From Candidatus Ozemobacteraceae bacterium (GTDB taxonomy: Bacteria; Muiribacteriota; Ozemobacteria; Ozemobacterales; Ozemobacteraceae), in contig OZ223236.1 in NCBI GenBank assembly GCA_965140445.1, positions 2,144,001 to 2,208,000 of the forward strand: 64,000 nucleotides of DNA, written 5' to 3'. Within the stretch, counting starts at the first letter, position 1, and each line of letters opens with the position of its first letter. The notes beneath the pieces are model-generated. The model had not been told where the DNA came from. It was given only the letters and a program-made list of their open reading frames with translations, and did no database searches. Below are positions 28,666-37,537 of this stretch, in pieces. The position numbers were made by a program, and so were the translations under genes.

Positions 28666-30260
28666 TAACTTAGCCTTTCAGAAGGTACCATGTTGCCAAT
28701 ATTTAAAATGAGATTTGGATCAAACATTTTTTTCAAACCAGCAATAGTTTTAAGACCGTTTTCGCCATGCATTATTTGAAGATAAGGAATTTTTTTCCCG
28801 TTTTCGTCCAATACTGATTTTTTTCCAACCCCATGTTCTGCAGAGATTGTTCCACCTAATTCAACTGTCAGCTCGGCTAGTTCAAGATATTTTCTTTTAG
28901 CTTTTTCTAGCTCAATAGTATTCTCGGGTAAAAAGTTCAGGTGCAAATGGAAATCTCCAATATGCCCAAAATAAACCGTTTTTACTCCTATTTCGCTGGC
29001 CTTTTCATATGCATCGATGAGCTTGGAAAAATTTTTGCCAACAACAGCCATATCTGTACCTAGTTTGCCAACTCTTGCTCTTACAAAGTTGTTTACTGCT
29101 TCTGGCAGAGAATGTCTAAAGTGTTTTATCGATGGAATATCCCTACCAGTTACAGACCAGTTACAAGCCACTCGATTTTTTTCCATTAGAATTTTATAAG
29201 GTTGAATTGTTTCTTTGGTAGGGTATGGGTTAAATCTGGATGCTCGTGAATGGGAAAATTCAAATAGAACTGCACCCGCCATTCCTTGTGGAATGGCAGG
29301 AAATTTCTTGTTCATTAATTCCAATGCATTTTTGTCAAAAAATTCGATAGACAAGGGTTGATGTTGAGTGTCTATATCTCTTAGCTCTGAAACAAAGTTT
29401 AAGGAATCTTTTAACTTATTAAAAAAAGCGACGCATACCACTAAATCTTTTACCTTTTCGACGAGTTTGATTTCAATTTTAGTAATGACTCCCAATAGTC
29501 CTTCTGAGCCAATAAATAGATCTATAAGGTCCATTCCTGGGGTTAGAAAAACTCCTGCCGCATTTTTTGTATCAAAATGGGGATAATCGGAAGGTATATC
29601 AAATGTTTTTGTTTCATTTGCAATGCTTACATTAAACTTAGACTTTTCTGCAAAATATTGATTTCTTCTAATTGAAGCCAAGTCACCTGTTGGAAAAACA
29701 ATTTCAAGATACTCAATCCATTTTCTTGTTGGCCCATAAAAGTAGCTTCTTGCTCCGCTGGCATTTGTTGCGATCGTTCCAGCTATCATAGCTGACATTT
29801 CAGTTGGATCGGGGGGATACTCAAGGTTGTAACATGCAAGGGCTTCGGCAAGCTCATTTAATCTTATACCTGGTGGAACAATTGCTTTCTTTGTTTTTTT
29901 ATTAAGAAGAAAAGTTGTGTCACGGAAGGTAATCAGCTCAAAGTCTTCTGGGGTTTGCTCTGGCTCGTCTACTTTCCGCATTTTTTCCATGGAAAGAACC
30001 CATCCACCATTTATGGGAACCCTTGCTCCTGTAATAGAAGTCCCTTCAGCAGAAACTGTTACCCTGGCTCTTTGTTTGTTTGCGAGTTGTAAAATAGTTG
30101 CAACTTGTTCAGCGTTTTCCGGATAGAAAACTTTTTCTGCGGAGCCTTTGAATGCTGAGGACTCATCTGACAGGTGTTTTTCAATTTTGTCTCTTTCAAG
30201 TGAGAATTTTGGCATTGCCTCTTTTTTTAAGGCAATAGAAGGCAATATGTTTGTGTTCAT
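28665..30260 (-). CDS. FAD-binding oxidoreductase, D-lactate/glycolate dehydrogenase (LctD/GlcD) family
   Basis: YPPDPTE...GTIATNASG, DLFIGSEGLLGVIT, FGHIGDFHLH and SAEHGVGK. Translationally coupled to the ETF gene. Confidence 0.88.
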   Translation of the reverse strand: MNTNILPSIALKKEAMPKFSLERDKIEKHLSDESSAFKGSAEKVFYPENAEQVATILQLANKQRARVTVSAEGTSITGARVPINGGWVLSMEKMRKVDEPEQTPEDFELITFRDTTFLLNKKTKKAIVPPGIRLNELAEALACYNLEYPPDPTEMSAMIAGTIATNASGARSYFYGPTRKWIEYLEIVFPTGDLASIRRNQYFAEKSKFNVSIANETKTFDIPSDYPHFDTKNAAGVFLTPGMDLIDLFIGSEGLLGVITKIEIKLVEKVKDLVVCVAFFNKLKDSLNFVSELRDIDTQHQPLSIEFFDKNALELMNKKFPAIPQGMAGAVLFEFSHSRASRFNPYPTKETIQPYKILMEKNRVACNWSVTGRDIPSIKHFRHSLPEAVNNFVRARVGKLGTDMAVVGKNFSKLIDAYEKASEIGVKTVYFGHIGDFHLHLNFLPENTIELEKAKRKYLELAELTVELGGTISAEHGVGKKSVLDENGKKIPYLQIMHGENGLKTIAGLKKMFDPNLILNIGNMVPSERLS

Positions 30261-30375
30261 TTCCTGACCTATGGCTTTTACGAATTCAATTAATATTGGA
30301 GTGCAATTTTATCATTGAAGCCTTTACAGGTAAAACATTAAATAAAATTACTAATTTAGCTGAGGAGTTGGTTGA

Positions 30376-33300
30376 TTATGATTGTTTTGAGATCCACTTG
30401 CCAAGCTCGTCAATTAAGGCTCTTGCGGAAATAGGTTTGGAGATATAGCCGTTCATTCCGGCTAATAAACATTTTTCACGGTCGCCTTGCATTGCGTGTG
30501 CTGTCATTGCGATAACTGGGACTTTGTTATCCAGGACAGAAGATGTTGGGTCTCTGATTACTTTAGTAGCTTCCCATCCATCCATAACCGGCATCTGAAC
30601 ATCCATTAATACAAGATCGTATGGAATACTGGAAAGTGACTTGATAGCTTCTTCGCCATTTGCTACTGCGTCTGCACTAAGGCCTAATTTTGATAGGATT
30701 CCCAAGGCTACTTTCTGGTTGGTTACGTTGTCTTCAACAAGAAGGATTTTTGCTTTGCTGTTTTCAAAATACATTAAAAATTCTCTGGAAGAATGTCTTG
30801 TAATAATACTCTTTTTGGCGCTGGAATCGTCAGTATTGTTTGGGCTTTCATCAATTGAATGAGCAAGTAGGGTGGATAAAACGTTGAATAATTCCTGATG
30901 ACGCATGGGTTTGGTCATGTATGCAGAGAATCCAATTTTCTCAAACATTTTGGCGTCTCCACGTTCCCCAAGGGATGTCATCATTATTAGCTTGGTTTCT
31001 GACAATTTTGCATCAGAGTTGATCGCTTTTCCAAGGGTTGCGCCATCCATGCCTGGCATTTGCATATCTATAATTGCAAATTTGAATTTATTGTTTTCTT
31101 CTATTGATTTATAAATTTCATGCAGAGCTTCTGGTCCACTTGTTGTTTCAACAACCTGTAATCCCCACAAGGTCAGGCGTTTTAGCATTATTTCTCTATT
31201 TGTTGCATTATCATCAACGATTAGAACTCGAATTCCTTCCATATTCGGTAAGGTTTCTATCTTAGGTGATTCTGTAAGCTGTTTCTCAAATTTTGCGGTA
31301 AACCAGAAGGTAGAACCACAGTCTTTTTCACTATCAAGACCAATTTCTCCTCCCATCATTTCAGAAAGTTGTTTAGAAATTGCCAGGCCTAATCCCGTTC
31401 CACCAAAGTTCCTGGTTGTAGAGGTGTCCACTTGAGAGAATTTTTCAAATAGGATAGATTGCTTGTCTTTTGGGATTCCAATTCCAGTATCTCGCACTGA
31501 AAAAAGAAGAGTTGCCTCATTGTTGGTCTCAGATTTTAGACTCGCGCGCAGATCTATTTCTCCTGAGTTTGTAAATTTAATGGCGTTGCTGACGAGGTTA
31601 GTTAAAATCTGGCGAAGTCTTCCCGGATCACCGCGTAAATACCTTGGGACATTTAATTCTGATGAAACTATTAGCTCAAGACCCTTATCGTGTGTTTTCA
31701 AAGCCATAGTTGCGGAAAAATCATCTAAAAGAGATTCCAGATCAAAATCCAGTATTTCAAGATCAAGCTTTCCAGCTTCAATTTTTGAGAAGTCCAGAAT
31801 GTCATTTATTAGCATCAGAAGAGAATCGCCGCAAGTTCTGACTATTTCAGCGTAATGATGTTGTTCTTCAGTTAGATTTGTATCAAGCAAAAGTCCCGTC
31901 ATGCCAATTACCCCGTTCATAGGGGTTCTAATTTCATGACTCATGTTTGCAAGGAACTCACTTTTGGCGATGTTAGCCATTTCAGCCTTTGCTGACAACG
32001 CGTTAGCTTTTTCTATAGCGGTTTCAAGATTTTGGTTAATTTCTTTTAGTTGCTGTTCATATTTTCTTCTATCTGTAATGTCTTCTGCACTGCAGACAAC
32101 ATCCTCAATATTGCCATGTTTGTTTATTCTTGGAGAACGAAAAATCGCTAATAAGCGTTTTTCACCGTTTCCGTTGGTAATCCATTCTTCAGTTCTTAGC
32201 TGACTTCCTTTTGCGAAAACCTCTTCATTCCCCTTGATAAACTCATTGGCTGTTTCCTGTGGAATGACCGCAGTCATATTTTTCAAAACTAGTTTGGCCA
32301 GAGGAACTCCAACAAAATTTGCATGGGAAAGATTAGCAACCCCATAAGTTTCCGGGTCTGATAAATACCAGACCTGCGTTTGAATGTTGTTTAAAAGAAT
32401 TTGTTGGTTTTCTGATGCTTTTGCTAATTGATTCTGGGAGTATGCAACTCTTAATAAGCTGCCAACAATTAAACAGGCAATAAGTGCTATAAATCCCGGG
32501 CCCATTGGACTAATTTTGAGAACAGGTGTAAGGATGAATATCTTCCAACCTTTTTCTAATACAGGGCGAGACCTTGGATTAAGTTTTTTTCCATCGAACA
32601 AAACCTGTTTTTCTAAAAAGTTTTGTGACAGGTTATTTAAAGGGTTGCTGGCAAATTGCTTTGATGATGTCAAAGCTGATTTTTTATTATCAGAAATAGA
32701 CCATGCAAGTTTAAATAGCCAGTCTTTCTGGTTGGAAGCAAAGATTACGCCATCCGGTGATACTATAGCGCATGGAAAACGAGTAAGCTGGACTTCTTTG
32801 TCCAGAGTTGTTACAGGCATTTTTATTACTACTGTTCCGATGGGGTTGTAGAGCTCTTTTTTTATAGGAACGCAGAAATAGATACCTCGTTCTCCTGTGG
32901 TTACACCCAACGCCGCATAAACTACCAGCGATTCTCCTGACATGGCTTTTTTGAAATACTCTCGGAAGGCATAGTTGTTTCCTGTGAGAGTTTTTTCCAG
33001 ATTTTCACCATAGGGGGTACAGGCGACAACTTCGCCTTTTGCATTCAATGCGTAAATTATGCTTGCATTGACAAATTTCTTTATCGAATTGAATGTGGAA
33101 AGTATGAGAGGATTATCAATGGGAAATTTTGAGTTAATTGTTTCCCGAACAATATTTTCCCTGGACAATAAAGATGCGGCTTTTCTAGCCTCCGAAAATG
33201 CAACTCTATCAAGGGATTGAGCTAATTCATTGATTTCTTTGTCCAAAGCTTCTTCGGATTTTTGTAAAAGAGCAAATTCGGCCAGGAAGAAAACTAATAT

Positions 33301-33429
33301 CCCCAGGATAATAACCATTGCCAGTTGAGGTAAGAAGTTGATTTTTCCTGATCTGTTTAATCTATTTGGGAACCGGGGGGTGAAGCAGCAACATTTCTTG
33401 ATGGCAAAAAAAAATCTATTTTGATCCAT
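30376..33429 (-). CDS. Hybrid sensor histidine kinase (dCache - PAS - HisKA - HATPase - REC - REC)
   Basis: [10 protein letters not shown] (DctB-like Cache), H-box [17 protein letters not shown] boxes [15 protein letters not shown] and GGTGLGL, and two REC domains. The start is uncertain. Confidence 0.93.
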   Translation of the reverse strand: MDQNRFFFAIKKCCCFTPRFPNRLNRSGKINFLPQLAMVIILGILVFFLAEFALLQKSEEALDKEINELAQSLDRVAFSEARKAASLLSRENIVRETINSKFPIDNPLILSTFNSIKKFVNASIIYALNAKGEVVACTPYGENLEKTLTGNNYAFREYFKKAMSGESLVVYAALGVTTGERGIYFCVPIKKELYNPIGTVVIKMPVTTLDKEVQLTRFPCAIVSPDGVIFASNQKDWLFKLAWSISDNKKSALTSSKQFASNPLNNLSQNFLEKQVLFDGKKLNPRSRPVLEKGWKIFILTPVLKISPMGPGFIALIACLIVGSLLRVAYSQNQLAKASENQQILLNNIQTQVWYLSDPETYGVANLSHANFVGVPLAKLVLKNMTAVIPQETANEFIKGNEEVFAKGSQLRTEEWITNGNGEKRLLAIFRSPRINKHGNIEDVVCSAEDITDRRKYEQQLKEINQNLETAIEKANALSAKAEMANIAKSEFLANMSHEIRTPMNGVIGMTGLLLDTNLTEEQHHYAEIVRTCGDSLLMLINDILDFSKIEAGKLDLEILDFDLESLLDDFSATMALKTHDKGLELIVSSELNVPRYLRGDPGRLRQILTNLVSNAIKFTNSGEIDLRASLKSETNNEATLLFSVRDTGIGIPKDKQSILFEKFSQVDTSTTRNFGGTGLGLAISKQLSEMMGGEIGLDSEKDCGSTFWFTAKFEKQLTESPKIETLPNMEGIRVLIVDDNATNREIMLKRLTLWGLQVVETTSGPEALHEIYKSIEENNKFKFAIIDMQMPGMDGATLGKAINSDAKLSETKLIMMTSLGERGDAKMFEKIGFSAYMTKPMRHQELFNVLSTLLAHSIDESPNNTDDSSAKKSIITRHSSREFLMYFENSKAKILLVEDNVTNQKVALGILSKLGLSADAVANGEEAIKSLSSIPYDLVLMDVQMPVMDGWEATKVIRDPTSSVLDNKVPVIAMTAHAMQGDREKCLLAGMNGYISKPISARALIDELGKWISKQS

Positions 33430-33645
33430 TTTAGCTCCAGTAACAAAATGACTTTCTAACTTGCAGGCGGAAAGCAGTTTTTTTGAAAAGTAGAATGACT
33501 GTAGCTTTGCGGAATCTTTTTTTGTATTTTTCCCTAACCAATTTAATTATAACAATTAATTGCATTGGTTGTGCATACTGCGATCTTATCAATTTTGAAC
33601 TTTTGAATATGAGTGTTCTATATGCCGCGAAAATCAGGATGATTG

Positions 33646-33734
33646 GGAGCGGCGCGCTGTGTTGCCCCATCCATGGGCATCACGACTCTCGCGCATCGTG
33701 CGCTCCGCTGTTTTGCCCCATCCATGGGGCAAAA
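33646..33734. repeat. Cluster of REP-like GC-rich hairpins
   Basis: GCTGTGTTGCCCCATCCATGGGCA, GCGCATCGTGCGC and GCTGTTTTGCCCCATCCATGGGGCAAAA in an otherwise AT-rich intergenic region. Confidence 0.65.
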
Positions 33735-33764
33735 AAAAATCCGGGCTCATAAAAATGACCCGGA
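33731..33764 (-). terminator. Orphan Rho-independent terminator
   Basis: Minus strand TCCGGGTCAT-TTTT-ATGAGCCCGGA-T9. Confidence 0.75.
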
Positions 33765-33849
33765 CTGAAAAATAAGGAGGCAAACAAATCCATAAACCTT
33801 TTCGGCCGAAGATGATGTTTTCTTAACGAAAAGAAATTGCGCTAAACAG

Positions 33850-34020
33850 ACATTGGCAAACAAAAGCAAACAAATAGAAATTCACTTGGGCTATCTTGTG
33901 CTTTAAAGCATCAAAATTATTTTTATAATTATTTTTGTAAATCTTAATGGCTGCTTTATTAAGAGAAAAGCAAAGAAATAGTCTACTTTTGAATCCTTCA
34001 TTTTGTTTGTTTGCCAATGT
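33850..34020. repeat. Perfect 15-bp inverted repeat pair flanking 141 bp of AT-rich DNA
   Basis: ACATTGGCAAACAAA (33850-33864) and TTTGTTTGCCAATGT (34006-34020). Confidence 0.7.
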
Positions 34021-34052
34021 TTTTCTAGATTTAATTTTGTGTTATAGCGTTT

Positions 34053-34093
34053 AAAAGAAAAGCACCGCGATTTCAAATTGGAAATCGCGGAGC
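34053..34093 (-). terminator. Terminator of the GntR-ABC operon
   Basis: CCGCGATTTC/GAAATCGCGG stem followed by a T-rich tract on the minus strand. Confidence 0.8.
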
Positions 34094-34115
34094 CAGGATC
34101 GTTGTTAGTTAGTTG

Positions 34116-35006
34116 TTACAGTTCTGATGTGTTTTTGGTGAGCTTTATAAACAGATCTTTTAATCCTATTCTGGCTGAAGACTTTGATTTAACTTTCAAG
34201 CCGGATAACAAAGTGGCTAGTTTCTCTTCTGAGAAGTTTTGTACCACAAGCTCAAGTTCTTTTCCTTCAGATTTGGTGAAAAGTATGTCCTGGTCAGTTG
34301 GGACAGTTCCAAGGTTTTCTTCTAACCTCACTGCTACTTTTCTTACGCTATTTTCAATCTCGGAGATCTTTCCTGAAATTTTGAACCCATGATTAACCAG
34401 GAAAAATGCACTCTCAGAGACTTGTGCGATTTCTTCAATTTGATGGGAAGAAATAATGATTGTCATCCCTGATTCGCATAGACTTGTAATAAGGGTTTCA
34501 AGAACTTCTTCCCTGATAACAGCATCAAATCCAGACAATGGCTCATCCAGCAGAAGCACTTCAGGTTGTGTCGCTAAGGCTGAAGCTAACATAAGCTTGT
34601 GCTTATTTCCCTTGCTCATGTCTTTGATTGTAGTCTCAGTAGGAATAGAAAACCTTTTCAACATTTGCTCATATATTTTGCTGTCCCACTTTTTATACAG
34701 TGGCTTCAGGAAGCTTTCGAGTGCTGGAGCATTCATATAGGGGTACATTGTGCAGTTTTCACTAACCAATGCCACTTTCTGTCGAAGCTCTTCAGGATTT
34801 TTTGATGGATCGATCCCAAGAATTGAAACCTCTCCCGAATCTGGAGTGCGGAGGCCGAAAAGAATTTCCAGTAGAGTTGTTTTCCCTGCGCCATTACGCC
34901 CTATGAGGCTTGCAACTTCACCCTTTTCCAAGGACCCTGAAACTTCATTTAGAACCTTAAGTCCATCATATGATTTAGATATATTTTTGAATTCTATTAC
35001 TGGCAT
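34116..35006 (-). CDS. ABC transporter ATP-binding protein (YtrB-like)
   Basis: Walker A GRNGAGKTT, signature MSKG, Walker B LLLDEP and SSH. SD AGGAGG before ATG 35006. Confidence 0.93.
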   Translation of the reverse strand: MPVIEFKNISKSYDGLKVLNEVSGSLEKGEVASLIGRNGAGKTTLLEILFGLRTPDSGEVSILGIDPSKNPEELRQKVALVSENCTMYPYMNAPALESFLKPLYKKWDSKIYEQMLKRFSIPTETTIKDMSKGNKHKLMLASALATQPEVLLLDEPLSGFDAVIREEVLETLITSLCESGMTIIISSHQIEEIAQVSESAFFLVNHGFKISGKISEIENSVRKVAVRLEENLGTVPTDQDILFTKSEGKELELVVQNFSEEKLATLLSGLKVKSKSSARIGLKDLFIKLTKNTSEL

Positions 35007-35007
35007 T

Positions 35008-35403
35008 CTATTTTCCTCCTTCTTCATTAGGTATTTGCTTTTCAAGTGATTCCATAAAGAGATCGCAGATTTTTTGTTTTGTTAGCCCCATTTGAACACA
35101 GAAATTGAGCAGTTCATCAAGTCGTTTGGTTATTTCAATAGCTATTTCTGCACTTTTGTCCTGGCCGGCTATTTCTGCTGCATAGGCTCCTTGTCCACGT
35201 TTAAAGTATATTAATCCATGAGATTCAAGTTCTTGAAATGCTTTTGCCACTGTGTTTGGGTTTACTTTCAGGTCGGTTGCTATCTGTCGGATTGATGGTA
35301 GTCTTTCATCAGCTTCATAGGTTTTGCCTAAGATCATGAGCTTTAGTTCCTCAAATATCTGGAGATAGATTGGAATTGGAGAGCTTTCATCAATTCTTAG
35401 CAT
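35008..35403 (-). CDS. GntR family transcriptional regulator, YtrA subfamily
   Basis: PIYLQI...LPSIRQIATDLKVNPNTVAKAFQELE...RGQG with a short C-terminus. Confidence 0.95.
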   Translation of the reverse strand: MLRIDESSPIPIYLQIFEELKLMILGKTYEADERLPSIRQIATDLKVNPNTVAKAFQELESHGLIYFKRGQGAYAAEIAGQDKSAEIAIEITKRLDELLNFCVQMGLTKQKICDLFMESLEKQIPNEEGGK

Positions 35404-37381
35404 TGTTTTCTACCCCCTTTCCAAAAATCTGATCAATAGAAAATCTTTTAACTGGTTTAAAGCCATTAGATGGAGATAGAGTGTATATTGCTTCTTTTTC
35501 GCCATAGAGAACAACAATAAAAGAGTCTGTTTTGAAAGGTCTAATTGTACTGAACACTGGGTCTGGTTGACTTATTTCTTTCCCGGTTTGCAAATCTATA
35601 ACGCTGAAAAATCGAGTTTCTTTTTCATTTCTGTATCCATAGATGAAGTAAGACCCATTACTGGAAACAATTTTAGAGTTTGCTGGCAGAACGCTCGAGT
35701 AATCATAGGAAAGATTATAGATGATAAAATGTTTAACAAGAACTTTTAAGCCAGTTTCAGGAGAATATAAGTGGAGCATGTCGCTGCCCCCAGAATATTT
35801 TCCATCTTCATAAACGCGATTACTTTCAAGAAAAATTATTTTCCCATCTGGTGTATCTGCCATTGGGGTTAAATCACTTTTTAATGGGAGCTTCTCAAAC
35901 TCAAAATTTTGGTTCATCCTATAGTATACATATTCGCCTTTTTTATCCTCTGAGCCATACTCTTGATAGCTGAACAACATGGAGTTAGAAAGGTTCTTCA
36001 GGTAAACATATAAGTCTTTATCTATTTCCTTAAAAGGTGTTTTAAGAACTTCAAAATTATCAAGGCGCATTAACTCAATTGATCGACCTGTTCTGCACAC
36101 AAGGACTTTCTTATCAGTATATTCCTTGAAGTGACATCTTGAAGAAAAGCTTGCTACTTCCCTGGAAGAATTGGAGCCAAAGTCAAAGACATTAACTGAA
36201 GTGTATTCATCGTCTGTTTCTGATGTTCCAAGGTTGAGAGCAAGGAGTCCGGATTCATTTTTTCTCTTCATGACTTTGTAAACAAGATTTCCATTGTCCA
36301 GAAAACCTAATGGGGTGCCACTTAAGCCTGTTTTAAGAGTTTTTCCTGTAGACATGTCTTGTAACAAAATCTCGGGAAATCCTGGAAAAACATAGCCAAG
36401 GTCAGTTACGAATGCGAATTTGCTATAGTCATAGTTAAAAACTGATTGCCCTATAACGCGACATCCGAGATTTGCTTTGTGAGTAAATTTGAAAGGATTT
36501 AGAGAATCAATGCTTTCTGTTTTGGATGCATTTTCTATTAGTTTTAAAATTCGCCCGTCAAATTTTGGATTTGTTACTGGATCTAGAAAAAAAGAATTTC
36601 TTTCTGCCGAAACAAGTAATTGATTACTTTTTGGGAGGAAAGCCCATTCCATCTCTGAAATGCTGTTAAAGCTTCTGTTGCCCATTTCAGATATCGAATT
36701 TAAAACAAATAGAATTGTGCTGATCCCGATTAAAGAAGCTATAACAATAATAGCAGAGGTTTTTAGCCATTTTTTACCCTGAATTTCGGGAAAAAAGTTA
36801 AACAAGGTTTTAGCGGAAATTAGTGAGAAAAGAATAAGAAAAAATGTAAATAGAGTTGGATTTAGCTCTGAAATCGGTTCTTTAATTAAGGCTGAAATCA
36901 TTATTGTTGAAGGTATCAGCAGAATTATAGACCCGCTAACAACTGGGTGCAAAACTGATGTCATTATGCCCAACGCCCAGATTGTAATTGGAGTGTAAAA
37001 AAAGAGATAGCTTGGATAAATCTTAAGCGACATAACCTCAAAACCATTAGGCCAAGGCTGCATACCAAAAAATAATGCAATCAGACCAAGAAGAAAATAA
37101 AGAATAAAACCGCTTATAAGTGATCCAATACATTTTGCTGCAAAAATCTGACTATTTTTTACTGGTAATGAGAAAAGAAACTTTTCTGTTCCGCTTGATC
37201 TTTCTTTAGCCAGTCCATCGTGGGCTAAAAACATAAGAAAGACAGGCGCAATAACAGCGAACGTGATCATGAAGATCAGGTCGCTATCCCTGAGAATCGA
37301 CATGAATGCAATGATAAATATGAGTGCGAACTTGAATTTGCTTAGAACTTCTCGAACATCTTTGATAACTATTGAGAGCAT
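35390..37381 (-). CDS. ABC-2-type permease fused to a large extracytoplasmic domain
   Basis: LAKERSSGTEKFLFSLPV...IFAAK motif, several TMs, then about 430 aa of beta-rich soluble sequence. SD GGAGG before ATG 37381. Confidence 0.8.
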   Translation of the reverse strand: MLSIVIKDVREVLSKFKFALIFIIAFMSILRDSDLIFMITFAVIAPVFLMFLAHDGLAKERSSGTEKFLFSLPVKNSQIFAAKCIGSLISGFILYFLLGLIALFFGMQPWPNGFEVMSLKIYPSYLFFYTPITIWALGIMTSVLHPVVSGSIILLIPSTIMISALIKEPISELNPTLFTFFLILFSLISAKTLFNFFPEIQGKKWLKTSAIIVIASLIGISTILFVLNSISEMGNRSFNSISEMEWAFLPKSNQLLVSAERNSFFLDPVTNPKFDGRILKLIENASKTESIDSLNPFKFTHKANLGCRVIGQSVFNYDYSKFAFVTDLGYVFPGFPEILLQDMSTGKTLKTGLSGTPLGFLDNGNLVYKVMKRKNESGLLALNLGTSETDDEYTSVNVFDFGSNSSREVASFSSRCHFKEYTDKKVLVCRTGRSIELMRLDNFEVLKTPFKEIDKDLYVYLKNLSNSMLFSYQEYGSEDKKGEYVYYRMNQNFEFEKLPLKSDLTPMADTPDGKIIFLESNRVYEDGKYSGGSDMLHLYSPETGLKVLVKHFIIYNLSYDYSSVLPANSKIVSSNGSYFIYGYRNEKETRFFSVIDLQTGKEISQPDPVFSTIRPFKTDSFIVVLYGEKEAIYTLSPSNGFKPVKRFSIDQIFGKGVENNAKN

Positions 37382-37430
37382 AATGACCTCCAATAAAAAT
37401 TAGTTTTGGCTCAATTGTGTTTTAGTGTTT

Positions 37431-37480
37431 TAGTGTGTTGCTCTACTAATACACTAGCAATTTTTAGTTCGATCAGTCAA
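37431..37480 (-). promoter_or_regulatory. Promoter with an overlapping YtrA/GntR-type operator
   Basis: Imperfect palindrome TAGTGTGTTGCTCTACTAATACACTA (37431-37456) overlapping TTGACT-N18-TAGTGT. Confidence 0.7.
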
Positions 37481-37491
37481 GCTAAATTGAC

Positions 37492-37526
37492 AAAAAAAAT
37501 GCGACTCCACTTGGGAGCCGCATTTT
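37492..37526. terminator. Rho-independent terminator
   Basis: A-tract-TGCGACTCC-loop-GGAGCCGCA-TTTT. Confidence 0.8.
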
Positions 37527-37537
37527 CAAAGCGATTG

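Noticed and set aside
30982..30999. GCCATCCATGCC resembling the REP-like core
   Set aside because: It lies within the conserved MQMPGMDG receiver motif of the kinase and is coincidental.
33431..34017. ORFs 33431-33670(-), 33483-33752(+) and 33823-34017(-)
   Set aside because: No SD and atypical composition. The repeated CPIHG in one ORF is only the translation of the REP-like hairpins.
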